A stretch of 18,347 nucleotides of DNA from a bacterium (GTDB lineage Bacteria; UBA6262; WVXT01). The DNA lies in assembly GCA_046759165.1 (NCBI GenBank), contig JBHIBS010000028.1:1-18347 (forward strand). The letters run 5' to 3'. Position 1 is the stretch's first letter. Every line of letters starts with the position of its first letter. Made by a program: the position numbers and the translations under genes. Below the pieces are notes generated by a model that worked only from the letters and a program-made list of their open reading frames with translations, did no database searches and was not told the origin of the DNA. Below are positions 8,240 to 17,544 of the stretch, piece after piece.

Positions 8240-8462
8240 TTTCTTGCTCCTTTGCTTGATGATATTGTTCATTTTCCCGTGAAAGCTCCCAAAAAGAGAA
8301 ATTAACCTTTCAACACTTTTCTCTTAAGAAAGCTTTCCTTTGTCTCAGCTAACGGCCTGCCTGGTTTTCACCTCCCCCTGGCCTTATTTTTAGCTTTTCC
8401 CTTACCAAAGATCTAACTTCATAACTAATTGTTAGCAAATTTTTTTGTCAAGAACCCCTTAG

Positions 8463-9416
8463 TTAACTACTTAAACCTAATGTTTTTCTTTTTAATTTTA
8501 AGTTTTCAGTCAAAGTTTTTATTGTTATCATGATTAATATTAATCCTCCTACAGTAAATCTTTGCCAGAGAGGGGAAACACTCATTAAATTCATACCATT
8601 CATAATAACAGTAATAGTCAAAGCACCAATAGCTGTTCCAATTAAATTTCCTTCTCCTCCTCCCAACGATGCTCCTCCTATTATCACTATTGCAATAGCA
8701 TCCAAGGGAAAGCTTGTTCCAATCATAGGCGATGCAGTGTTTAACCTAGCTGTATAAAGAAGTCCAGCAAATGCAGACATTAAACCACTAAGCATATAAA
8801 CTAATACTGTTACTTTCTTTACATTTATACCTACAAGTCTAGCTGACTCAACATTTGAACCTATAGCAAATATGTTTACCCCAAATGCGGTAAATTCCAG
8901 TAATGTATAAAAAATTAATAAAAATAACATACTAAAAATAATTGGCACTGGTATCTCAAAAAGGTACCCAGCACCGATAAAACGAAATCCAGGTCCAAAA
9001 CCAAAAATTGGCCTTCCTCGCAATATTATATAAACAACTCCTCTCGCAATAAACATCATTGCAAAAGTAACAATAAATGGTGGGATTTTTAGATAAGAAA
9101 CCATAGCTCCATTAGACATACCACAGATTATTCCGATACATAGAGCAGTCAAAACACCAAAAACAATAGGTAAATTACTCTTTAACACCATTGCACCAAT
9201 ACAAGAAGAAAGAGCAAGTACAGCTCCGTTTGAAAGATCAATTCCTCCTGTTAAGATAACAAGAGTCATGCCAATACCAAGTACAAACAAAAGAGATGTT
9301 TGACGTAATATATTTATTAAGTTAGTAAGTCTTGCAAAATTATTATTTAAAATAAAAATTAAAAAAGATATAAACACTAATAAACCAAAACGGATGATAA
9401 TATCAAATTTTTTCAA
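8463..9416 (-). CDS. Sugar ABC transporter permease (RbsC family)
   Basis: GGIDLS, IPPFIVT, AIGSN.ESARLVGI and IIGGASLGGGEG motifs; hydrophobic. Confidence 0.92.
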   Translation of the reverse strand: MKKFDIIIRFGLLVFISFLIFILNNNFARLTNLINILRQTSLLFVLGIGMTLVILTGGIDLSNGAVLALSSCIGAMVLKSNLPIVFGVLTALCIGIICGMSNGAMVSYLKIPPFIVTFAMMFIARGVVYIILRGRPIFGFGPGFRFIGAGYLFEIPVPIIFSMLFLLIFYTLLEFTAFGVNIFAIGSNVESARLVGINVKKVTVLVYMLSGLMSAFAGLLYTARLNTASPMIGTSFPLDAIAIVIIGGASLGGGEGNLIGTAIGALTITVIMNGMNLMSVSPLWQRFTVGGLILIMITIKTLTENLKLKRKTLGLSS

Positions 9417-9436
9417 AATTCATATCCAATCAAATT

Positions 9437-10399
9437 TTAAGTTCTTTTTATTAACCTGAACATATTTAAAGACATACCAATGATTAGAAGAAACCCAATT
9501 CCAACATATTGCCAAGCAGTGCTTAAACCTAGAAGGCTAAGCCCATTTATCAATATAGTTATTGTAAAACCCGAAAAAACTGCAAAACCAGGATGACCTT
9601 TTCCACCAAAAAAACTAATGCCAGCTATAGCAGCTGCTGCTATAGCTTCAAACTCACGGCCAAAACCAATAGTAGGATTTCCACTAGCAATTCTTGATGT
9701 AGTAATAATACTCGCAACTCCAGCAAAAGCAGCGCATATGATATATGCCATTATTTTAAAAAAATTAATCCTAACCCCCGCTAAACGAAGAGATTCTTCA
9801 TTATTTCCTACACCCCATATATAAGTTCCAAAAGATTGAAAATTAAATAACCATATTATGAAACACAATAGAATTAGAATTATCCAAAAGGGTACAGGTA
9901 GCCCGATAAATTCCTCTTTCGCAATAGCATTAAACCAATTCTTATCCCAATAAAGAGTCAGGCCACCAGAAAATACAAGTGCCAGACTACTTGCTATTCC
10001 CATTGTGCCTAGAGTAACAATAAATGGTGGTAGTTTTAATGTTGAGGCAAAAATGCCATTTAAAAACCCAATCCCACAACCAATTAAAATTCCAATAAAG
10101 ATTGAAAAAATAATACTAAAACCATTTGCCAAAAAAATAGCTATTACTATACTCACTAAAGAAATAATTGAACCTACTGAAAGATCAATACCATTAGTTA
10201 GCATCACTATTGACATCCCTAAAGCGATTATTGATAGTGAACTACCTTGCAGAAGAATATTTTTAAAATTATTTAAACTGAGAAAATTCTTAGTCGTAGT
10301 TGAAAATATAATAATTAATATTATAAAAATATATATAGTACCTGGAATATTATATAATAATATGTTTTTATACTTTTTATACACAATTACTTTCATCAT
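9437..10399 (-). CDS. Sugar ABC transporter permease (RbsC family)
   Basis: GIDLSVG, LPPFIVTLG, GNNEESLRLAGV and GISFFGGKG motifs. Confidence 0.92.
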   Translation of the reverse strand: MMKVIVYKKYKNILLYNIPGTIYIFIILIIIFSTTTKNFLSLNNFKNILLQGSSLSIIALGMSIVMLTNGIDLSVGSIISLVSIVIAIFLANGFSIIFSIFIGILIGCGIGFLNGIFASTLKLPPFIVTLGTMGIASSLALVFSGGLTLYWDKNWFNAIAKEEFIGLPVPFWIILILLCFIIWLFNFQSFGTYIWGVGNNEESLRLAGVRINFFKIMAYIICAAFAGVASIITTSRIASGNPTIGFGREFEAIAAAAIAGISFFGGKGHPGFAVFSGFTITILINGLSLLGLSTAWQYVGIGFLLIIGMSLNMFRLIKRT

Positions 10400-10451
10400 T
10401 ATATCCTAACATTATATTCCAACATAATATAGCTACGGACAATTATTAAAC

Positions 10452-11198
10452 TTATTCAAGCCCAAACATTTTCTCCACTACTTCTTTCATTGTCAGATTC
10501 TTGCTTTCTTTATCCATTACCTTTTTACCAGACCTAAGAACTACTATTCTAGTAGCAGTTCTAAAAATGCTTTCTAACCTATGCGAGATGAAAATTATTG
10601 AAATACCTTTGCTTTTAAGATTTAATATAGTATCTTCGATAATTTTTAATTCTTTAACAGCTAATCCAGCAGTAGGTTCATCAAGAATGAGTAACCTTGG
10701 ATTAAAAAACATTGAACGTGCTATAGCAACAGCTTGACGTTGTCCCCCAGATAAATCGGAAACTCTTCTCTTGACTGAATCAAAATTGATTTCCGTTAAC
10801 TTTAAGACTTCCCAAGTATTCTTGATCATACTATTTTTGTTTAATAATGGAAGAAAACCTAAAATTTTTTTAGTTAATAGACGTCCTAAAAAAATGTTGC
10901 TATAAATAGGTAAATTATCAACTAATGCAAATGTTTGATAAACTGTCTCTATTCCTAAATTTCGTGAATCTGCAGGATTAGTTATTTTTTGCTCATCTCC
11001 ATTTAAAAAAATTTTACCTGAATCTGCTTTAATTGCTCCACTTAATACTTTAATTAAAGTTGATTTACCAGCTGCATTGTCCCCCACAAGACCAACTATC
11101 TCATTATGCATAACATCAAAATCAACACCTTTTAAGGCTTCAACATGACCGTAACTCTTTCTAATATTCTCCATTCTTACAAAAGGCTGCTTGGCCAT
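10452..11198 (-). CDS. Sugar ABC transporter ATP-binding protein (single domain)
   Basis: Walker A GDNAAGKST, signature LSGGQ, Walker B LILDEPT, H-loop SHRL. Confidence 0.95.
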   Translation of the reverse strand: MAKQPFVRMENIRKSYGHVEALKGVDFDVMHNEIVGLVGDNAAGKSTLIKVLSGAIKADSGKIFLNGDEQKITNPADSRNLGIETVYQTFALVDNLPIYSNIFLGRLLTKKILGFLPLLNKNSMIKNTWEVLKLTEINFDSVKRRVSDLSGGQRQAVAIARSMFFNPRLLILDEPTAGLAVKELKIIEDTILNLKSKGISIIFISHRLESIFRTATRIVVLRSGKKVMDKESKNLTMKEVVEKMFGLE

Positions 11199-11218
11199 AT
11201 TAGTTCCCTTAGAATTTG

Positions 11219-11383
11219 CTATGATGTATCAGAATCACTATCTCTTAAACTCAGCCCTACAGTACTGAATCCTAACTGAGCAGCATTTTTTATTCCTTCT
11301 TCAATATTACCGGCAAAAAGAAGAGGCCCACAACCAGTCTTTTCCGGTGATAAAGCAACACTTAAGGCAAAAGCATTATTTAT
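11219..11383 (-). pseudogene. Truncated 5' copy of the epimerase gene (direct repeat, copy B)
   Basis: INNAFALSVALSPEKTGCGPLLFAGNIEEGIKNAAQLGFSTVGLSLRDSDSDTS*. GGAGG lies 7 nt upstream of ATA, probably a mutated ATG. Confidence 0.9.
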
Positions 11384-11453
11384 TTCCTCTCCTCCAACCT
11401 TACAGGGCCCTTTCTTTTCATCTCGGTCCTCACGCCCTTAAGCTACATTCTTC

Positions 11454-12278
11454 TTACAATTGAATGTTCAGCAGTCTGGCTGCATTATTTCCCAGAATAT
11501 CCGTTTTGTCTTCTTCGCCAAGAAAATCAAATCGCTTAACTAAAAAATTCTGAGATTTGATATAATAATCGGGTGTATGGTGACCAAAAAGAGGAAGGTT
11601 CATAAAGGGCCCTTCGGAGCCCCAAAGTAACCTTTGGGGACCTATAACTTCCACTAAATTTTTCATAATTCTTCCACACAATCCTCTCTTTTTAAAAGCA
11701 TTTTCTATATAATCCAAGAAAGTTATATCCACCCACACATTAGGAGCTGAATAAGCAACTGCCAAAAATTTGTCACACCAGGGAAAACCTCCATGGCACA
11801 TAATGACCTTGAGCTTGGGAAATCGTGTTACAACATCATCTATATAAATAGGACTATTATATTTTAAGTACTGTCTCTGAAGAGCTTTAACACCTGTGTG
11901 AATCATTACAGGAATATTCAATTCCATACATTTTTCGTAAACAAGATCCAAACGCGAATCATTAGGGTAGAAGCCAGCATGAGGATATAATTTCGCGCCT
12001 CTTAATCCCACTTTTTTCACTGCTCGTTCAACTTTCAAATGAGGATTAGATCTATGAGGATGAACCGAGGCGAAACCAACCAGTCGATCCGCATACTTTT
12101 GGCAGAAAGAGGCTACTTCATCATCTTCAAAATTTGTTAAAGCAAAAGTACCGTGATCACACCCCAGAATTATGGATTTATCTATACCTCCTTTATCCAT
12201 TCCAACTATAAATTCTTCTGGTGAATATCTCTCATTCGCGTTCTTATATTCCACATGAGCGTGAATATCTATTATCAT
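11454..12278 (-). CDS. Amidohydrolase family protein (Amidohydro_2-like)
   Basis: IIDIHAH, GAKLYP, PVMIHTG, HGG, WGSEGP and ILGNNAARLL motifs. Confidence 0.85.
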   Translation of the reverse strand: MIIDIHAHVEYKNANERYSPEEFIVGMDKGGIDKSIILGCDHGTFALTNFEDDEVASFCQKYADRLVGFASVHPHRSNPHLKVERAVKKVGLRGAKLYPHAGFYPNDSRLDLVYEKCMELNIPVMIHTGVKALQRQYLKYNSPIYIDDVVTRFPKLKVIMCHGGFPWCDKFLAVAYSAPNVWVDITFLDYIENAFKKRGLCGRIMKNLVEVIGPQRLLWGSEGPFMNLPLFGHHTPDYYIKSQNFLVKRFDFLGEEDKTDILGNNAARLLNIQL

Positions 12279-12324
12279 AATTTTTGTAAGTGAAATATTT
12301 CAAAAAGCTCTCGTTAATAATTGA

Positions 12325-13161
12325 TTATGATTCTTCTAAAAGTTGTATTAAATATCTTCGACTATTTTCTATCATTCTCTGACTTACTTCAAGTGGATCT
12401 TGTCCCTCTGTCTCGTACGAAAGTACTCCCTCATAGTTATTTTGCTTAAGGATTCGAAGACATTCTTTTAAATTCACCTCACCTTGTCCCAGTGTTACCG
12501 CTCTTCTCCCAACCACATCTTTGATATGTACATGCTTCACATAATGGGCAACCGGAATCAAGGTTGCCACTTCATCTCCTTTTTTTGCACCATCTAACTT
12601 CCAGGCATAACCTTCACGAGTTGTGCCTACGTAGTCACCTCTGTGTGGATTGGCTGTGTCAAAGTTAACTCCCATCCACTTTGAAGAAACCAATGAAAGT
12701 ATCTTTGGTAATCCCCCTGGACTCAGGGAGATACTCCCGTGGGTTTCTATAGCCAGGTAGATATTTTCAACTTCTGCCTTTTCTATTAATTTCTCCAATC
12801 GAGGTTGCAAAACCTCCAAACCCTCCTCTTCTGTCATTCCTTCCGGCAGCCTCCCTTCACCTGTGAGAACTACAGGTATTTCTGCAGCTTTTGCCCAAAC
12901 AATAGCCTGATGAATATCTTTTACTGCGCGCTTATCCGTAATTAGTTCCCGGTGTGTCCCTATTGCAGAGACTCCCTTGAAACCAAAGTTGTTAATCTTC
13001 TCTTTAAATCTTATTGGGTCATCCTTATAAGGGTCTGCGTGAGGACACCAGGAGAGGTTCCCCTCAACCTCCACATACTCATATCCCGCATTTGCAATTC
13101 TTTCTAGTGCGGCCTCCAGCGGATACTTCCGGAAATCTACTGTATTGCATCCAATTTTCAT
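12325..13161 (-). CDS. TIM-barrel sugar phosphate isomerase/epimerase family
   Basis: GYEYVEV, AIETHG, NFDTAN, HVHIKD, LGQGEVN and SYETE motifs. GGAGG favours the ATG at 13161. Confidence 0.85.
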   Translation of the reverse strand: MKIGCNTVDFRKYPLEAALERIANAGYEYVEVEGNLSWCPHADPYKDDPIRFKEKINNFGFKGVSAIGTHRELITDKRAVKDIHQAIVWAKAAEIPVVLTGEGRLPEGMTEEEGLEVLQPRLEKLIEKAEVENIYLAIETHGSISLSPGGLPKILSLVSSKWMGVNFDTANPHRGDYVGTTREGYAWKLDGAKKGDEVATLIPVAHYVKHVHIKDVVGRRAVTLGQGEVNLKECLRILKQNNYEGVLSYETEGQDPLEVSQRMIENSRRYLIQLLEES

Positions 13162-13244
13162 TTTGTCTGCCTCCAAAATCAGGTAATTACTTTCCTTCCA
13201 GTCGCTCCTTTCTTACATTTCTTAGAATTCTCTGGCATACGATC

Positions 13245-13997
13245 CTAGCTGTTCTTATTTCTTCCTACTCCCATCATATGATCCACGATTTCTTCGCGGG
13301 TTACCTCATCTTTCTTCTTGCAAGCTACCTTTCGGCCAGTTCTTAAGACCATAATCCGATCCGATACTGTAAAGACATCTTCCAGCCTGTGACTTATGAG
13401 TATGATAGAGTGTCCCTTTGCTTTTAAGTCTTTAATGACCAACAGTAGTCTCTTAACGGCTTCTACGCCTAAAGGAGCGGTAGGCTCGTCCATAATGATG
13501 ACTCCTGGACTCTCTATAAGCGTTCTCCCTATTGCTACTTCAGCACGTTGTCCTCCGGAGAGAAGCCTAACTTTTCTTCGTTCATCAATAGCTATACTTA
13601 AAGATTTTAGGATCCCGCGGGTTCGTCTTCGCATCTTACGAATATCTCGAAACTTTATTCCCAAAACTGAGGTCTCAAGTTCCCTCCCCAGGAACATATT
13701 CTCGGTAACAGTAAGATCTTCAACTAAGGCTAGATCCTGGAAGACCATCCAGATTCCTAGGTTTCTTGCATCTTTTGGAGAATGAATTTTCACTTCCTGC
13801 CCTTTGACAATGATTTTTCCCTCATCAGGAGAATACACCCCGCTTAAGATTTTCATCAACGTTGATTTCCCTGCAGCGTTATCTCCAACCAGGCCCAACA
13901 CTTCTGGAGAGTCTAGGTCAAGATCCACATTACTCAATGCTTGTACTGAGCCAAATCTTTTAGATATATCCCTCATCTCTAGTAAAAAATTTCCCAT
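13245..13997 (-). CDS. Sugar ABC transporter ATP-binding protein (single domain)
   Basis: GDNAAGKST, LSGGQ, IIMDEPT and SHRL motifs. Confidence 0.95.
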   Translation of the reverse strand: MGNFLLEMRDISKRFGSVQALSNVDLDLDSPEVLGLVGDNAAGKSTLMKILSGVYSPDEGKIIVKGQEVKIHSPKDARNLGIWMVFQDLALVEDLTVTENMFLGRELETSVLGIKFRDIRKMRRRTRGILKSLSIAIDERRKVRLLSGGQRAEVAIGRTLIESPGVIIMDEPTAPLGVEAVKRLLLVIKDLKAKGHSIILISHRLEDVFTVSDRIMVLRTGRKVACKKKDEVTREEIVDHMMGVGRNKNS

Positions 13998-14125
13998 CTA
14001 CTACTCCGTGCTTGTATGACTGCGTAGTCCTAAGGCTTGCTTCCTTTAAGACTCAACTTTTGCTCTAGGAGTATCTTTCTGAGCCGGATTTTTTTGTTGC
14101 GTCCCTGGGAGAATTCCCTAAAACA

Positions 14126-14145
14126 AGGAGAGGATGCATGGCCTG
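14126..14145. repeat. Inverted-repeat arm in the 3' UTR of the binding-protein gene
   Basis: AGGAGAGGATGCATGGCCTG is the reverse complement of 15152-15173 apart from a 2-nt indel. Confidence 0.85.
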
Positions 14146-14157
14146 CTTTAGGCTTTG

Positions 14158-15123
14158 TTACTTCATAAACTCTCCGGTGATCACCGCGTAGCTTTTTTGT
14201 AGCTCATCGGTATCTACCACACCTACACCCGAGTTAATATACTCCGGTAGTTTCTTCCCTTCCAGTACTTCCAAAGCTTTGATGACAAAAAGTCGTCCCA
14301 TTCGTTCCGGATATTGAACAACGTCAGCGCCCAATTTTCCTTGGTAAACTGCTTCGATTGCATCGGGTGATCCGTTGTATCCAAGGGTAATAACATCATC
14401 TCGATCGCCAGTACGAAGAGCCTGAATTCCTCCCATAGCCATTTCGTCGTTGAGGAAGAAAATTCCTTGCAAATCCGGAAATCCTGTTATCATGTCCTCG
14501 GTAACTTTCAGACCCAAGTCTCTCCTCCAATTAGCCGCAAGAATCACGCGAATTTCTACATCGGGATATAGCTTCAAGGCCTCAACGAACCCCTTTTTCC
14601 TCAATATATTTACATAAGAAGGGGTTCCCTCTACCATTCCGATCTTGCCTTTCTTACCTATTGCTTCAGCCAACCACATACCACCGTAGTATCCACCAAG
14701 ATAGTTGTCAGTGGAAATATAAGTCTCGTCCCCATCCCAGTTCGCTTTGGTGTCTACAGAAATGATGGGAACTCCTGCTGCTTTAACTTTTTTCAAAGCC
14801 GGGATTATAGCGTCCGAATCCACAGCAGCATACCCTACCACGTCTACCCCTCTTGCAATGAAGTCCTCAAGAAGTCTGACCTGACTCTCGATATCGGTGC
14901 TATACCTTACCCCTAAAGTAATTATCTCCACTCCCGTCTTCTTGGCTTGTTCTTCAGCCGCTTTCCTCAGAGTAGCATAGAACGGATTGCCTAGATGCTC
15001 GAGGGTCAATCCCAAAACAACCTTCTTCTCTGCTGCGCCGGCACTTCCTGAAACTACACCGCTCATTACTACCCCTAGCGTCAAAGTCAAGATCAACATC
15101 AACACTATTACCCTTTTTTTCAT
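14158..15123 (-). CDS. Sugar ABC transporter substrate-binding protein (RbsB family)
   Basis: NPFY, ISTDNY.GG, ANWRR, NDEMAMG and GYNG motifs; signal peptide; GGAGG RBS. Confidence 0.92.
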   Translation of the reverse strand: MKKRVIVLMLILTLTLGVVMSGVVSGSAGAAEKKVVLGLTLEHLGNPFYATLRKAAEEQAKKTGVEIITLGVRYSTDIESQVRLLEDFIARGVDVVGYAAVDSDAIIPALKKVKAAGVPIISVDTKANWDGDETYISTDNYLGGYYGGMWLAEAIGKKGKIGMVEGTPSYVNILRKKGFVEALKLYPDVEIRVILAANWRRDLGLKVTEDMITGFPDLQGIFFLNDEMAMGGIQALRTGDRDDVITLGYNGSPDAIEAVYQGKLGADVVQYPERMGRLFVIKALEVLEGKKLPEYINSGVGVVDTDELQKSYAVITGEFMK

Positions 15124-15151
15124 TACTTTCCTCCGTTACTTAATTTCTGGA

Positions 15152-15173
15152 CAGGCCATGCACCTCCTCTCCT
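15152..15173. repeat. Inverted-repeat arm in the 5' UTR of the binding-protein gene
   Basis: CAGGCCATGCA(CC)TCCTCTCCT, complementary to 14126-14145. Confidence 0.85.
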
Positions 15174-15174
15174 A

Positions 15175-15203
15175 ATTATATTAACCTGTCTGTCTATTGC
15201 CTA
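15175..15203 (-). promoter_or_regulatory. Candidate internal sigma70 promoter for the binding-protein gene
   Basis: TAGGCA (15203-15198), 17 nt, TATAAT (15180-15175). Confidence 0.55.
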
Positions 15204-16196
15204 TTTGTATTTTATCCCCAGTAGCCAAGCAGGATTTCTCTTTAGCATAATATCAAGCGATTCTTTACCAATTCCTGAAGCTATTAGCAATCTGATGTAG
15301 AGTTTCATTCCTTCCACTGGATGAGGGTTTAACATGGAACCAAAATCTGTCGCCAGAACTGTCTTGTCTACCCCTACTTTTTCGATAATCTCTAAGAACT
15401 CTGTTCTATCACAGGTAGGATTATTAAAGTGAGGAATAGCACTATACAGATACAAGCCTATGTATGCTCCCAATTTAGCCATTTCGACTTGCTGGCCTGG
15501 TGAGGCTCTATTAACACTCCACTGGGGGTGAGTTATCAGAATTTTTTTTACTCCAAATTTTTTCGCCTCTTCGGTAATGATCATTCTCTCCTTCGTGGAG
15601 GTATGACAGAGGTCTAAAATAATGTCGTAATCCACAATAATCTTGAATATCTCCTTGAGTTCTGGACGGATCTCATCATTGCCCGTTAGAACCTCTATTC
15701 CTCCTTGCTCACCCAAAACTTTTTTGTGATGCGCAGAATCATGACTTGGAAGCCACACAATCTTAGCACCAAGTTTAGCGGAAGTCTTTACGGCTATAGG
15801 ATTTAGCCCGCCCACCGAGTAATTAAGGACTATCCCCCCAAATACATTAAAAGCATGAGGAGAAGTGGTAGTATGATTTTCGGCGTAGTCATCTATTACC
15901 TGTTGAACAAAATAAGCCATGGGAGCCGTATCAGAATACATACTTTTACAAACAATTGCTCTCATGCCAGCATCATATGCTCGCTTTGCAATTTCTGCAA
16001 AATCCCATCCTGTATCCACTAAAGCTTCTGGATATCCATGAACATGAATATCAATAGCACCTTTCATAACCTGAGCTACATCTTCCTCTGTAATTCTTTG
16101 CCTGGCACCATATTTCTCTACTGTTGAATAACTCAACTTGGCTCTCTCTTTCCAAACCGGTTGTAAAGATTCCTCTTCATATTTTTCTTTTCTCAT
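15201..16196 (-). CDS. DUF6282-like amidohydrolase-fold protein
   Basis: GAIDIHVH, AGMRAIVCKS, FGGIVLN.SVGGLNP, KIVWLPS, ITHP, ATDFG and NPAWLLG motifs. Confidence 0.75.
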   Translation of the reverse strand: MRKEKYEEESLQPVWKERAKLSYSTVEKYGARQRITEEDVAQVMKGAIDIHVHGYPEALVDTGWDFAEIAKRAYDAGMRAIVCKSMYSDTAPMAYFVQQVIDDYAENHTTTSPHAFNVFGGIVLNYSVGGLNPIAVKTSAKLGAKIVWLPSHDSAHHKKVLGEQGGIEVLTGNDEIRPELKEIFKIIVDYDIILDLCHTSTKERMIITEEAKKFGVKKILITHPQWSVNRASPGQQVEMAKLGAYIGLYLYSAIPHFNNPTCDRTEFLEIIEKVGVDKTVLATDFGSMLNPHPVEGMKLYIRLLIASGIGKESLDIMLKRNPAWLLGIKYK

Positions 16197-16197
16197 T

Positions 16198-17220
16198 CTA
16201 CCTTGCCCCGATAACCTTCCAATATTTAGCCAACACAGCCAATAAAATTATTATCCCAATGGACACGAACTGCCAATAAGTGGAAATCCCCAGAAGATTT
16301 AGCCCGTTCCTCATAGTTCCAATAATAAGAGCCCCAATTACGCTACCCAATAAAGTTCCTACCCCTCCCATCAAAGAAGTTCCTCCGATTACTACTGCGG
16401 CAATAGTGTTCATTAAATCATCTTCTCCACCTATCATTCCATGCGCTGCATCCATTCTGCCAGCAGTAATCATCCCAGCAATGCTGGCCAGAAAACTACA
16501 CGTCACTAACGCTGCCCACTTTATAGCCGAGGGGTTAATGCCACAGGCTCTCGCAGCTTCTTTGCTGCCTCCCGTTGCATAACAGTAAAGCCCAAATCTC
16601 CTTCTACTTAGGACGAATTGAGACACCAATACTACTACAATAGCGATAATTACAGGTGTAGGTAAGAGGCCTATTTTACCCTGCCCAATAAACACCACGG
16701 GTTTAGGAAATCCCCATATTGCTTGGCCCTCAGTTATGATGAGCGCAAAGCCACGATAAACATTGGCTATTACAAGAGAGGTGATAAAAGCCGGAATTCC
16801 GAATCTTGCAACAAAGAATCCACTTATCACTCCTCCCAAGGTTCCTGCTCCCAGTCCGATTAAGATTCCTAAGATCCAGTTGACTTTAGCCAAAATAATC
16901 ATATAGGCTGTAACACAGCCACTCCATGCCATTATTGCTCCCACCGATAAGTCTATCTCACCACTGATTATTACAAAAGTCATCCCGCTAGCAAGTATTA
17001 CGAGTGTCGAACTTTGTAGGGCAATGTGTTCTATATTGATCGGAGTGAGAAAACGTGATTGGGTTAATGAAAGAAAAATCCAGAGCCCTACTAGGCCTAT
17101 CAAAGCTCCGAGCCTCTTTAATAAGCCCAATATGCGATGCAAAAAACTACCGACTTCTCTTCGCATTGAAGCTGTTAACTTTTCAGGAATAGATACGTCC
17201 TTCTTCTTCATTACCTTCAA
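16198..17220 (-). CDS. Sugar ABC transporter permease (RbsC family)
   Basis: GEIDLSVG, IPAFITSL, ATGGSKEAARACGI and VIGGTSLMGGVG motifs. Confidence 0.92.
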   Translation of the reverse strand: MKVMKKKDVSIPEKLTASMRREVGSFLHRILGLLKRLGALIGLVGLWIFLSLTQSRFLTPINIEHIALQSSTLVILASGMTFVIISGEIDLSVGAIMAWSGCVTAYMIILAKVNWILGILIGLGAGTLGGVISGFFVARFGIPAFITSLVIANVYRGFALIITEGQAIWGFPKPVVFIGQGKIGLLPTPVIIAIVVVLVSQFVLSRRRFGLYCYATGGSKEAARACGINPSAIKWAALVTCSFLASIAGMITAGRMDAAHGMIGGEDDLMNTIAAVVIGGTSLMGGVGTLLGSVIGALIIGTMRNGLNLLGISTYWQFVSIGIIILLAVLAKYWKVIGAR

Positions 17221-17348
17221 ATATTTAGAGTTTTCAAATCAAGCGACTGACCTTTACTTTTTGCAATAAGTAGGTATTTTGTACTTCCCCATCAGCGTGT
17301 GGAAATCAATTATCATTCTTTTATCCCTTCCTACGGCTTAGATTCTGC

Positions 17349-17544
17349 CTTTGAACAGTCAGGTTCGAAGGACTTCTTCATAGCTTCTTTGGCATCGTTC
17401 AACGAAAATATGTGGTGATCAATTTCTCAAAAGGAAATTACTCTTTATATCTCAACATCACATGCATTGCCTGATAATAACAGTATGGGGATGATTAGAA
17501 TTACCTATAATAAGGACATTTTTTGCTGCCAGGTACCTATAGAC
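17349..17544 (-). pseudogene. Frameshifted 3' remnant of a paralogue of the adjacent Zn-dependent dehydrogenase
   Basis: VYRYLAAKNVLIIGNSNHPHT/YYQAMHVMLRYKE*FPFEKLIT/IFSLNDAKEAMKKSFEPD aligns with VHRHIAAKNVLLIGNTNHPHDGYYTAMEMMIQNRKTFPWSKLITHCFHLKQAKEAMKKAYGPD. Two 1-nt deletions and a TAA at 17438-17440. Confidence 0.9.

Noticed and set aside
10452-13997. GDNAAGKST rather than GDNGAGKST in both ATPases
   Set aside because: Still fits Walker A GxxxxGKS/T and the other motifs are intact, so there is no sign of inactivation.
13199-17249. 8-bp inverted match CAGTCGCT/AGCGACTG around the second transporter
   Set aside because: Too short to exceed chance in 18 kb.
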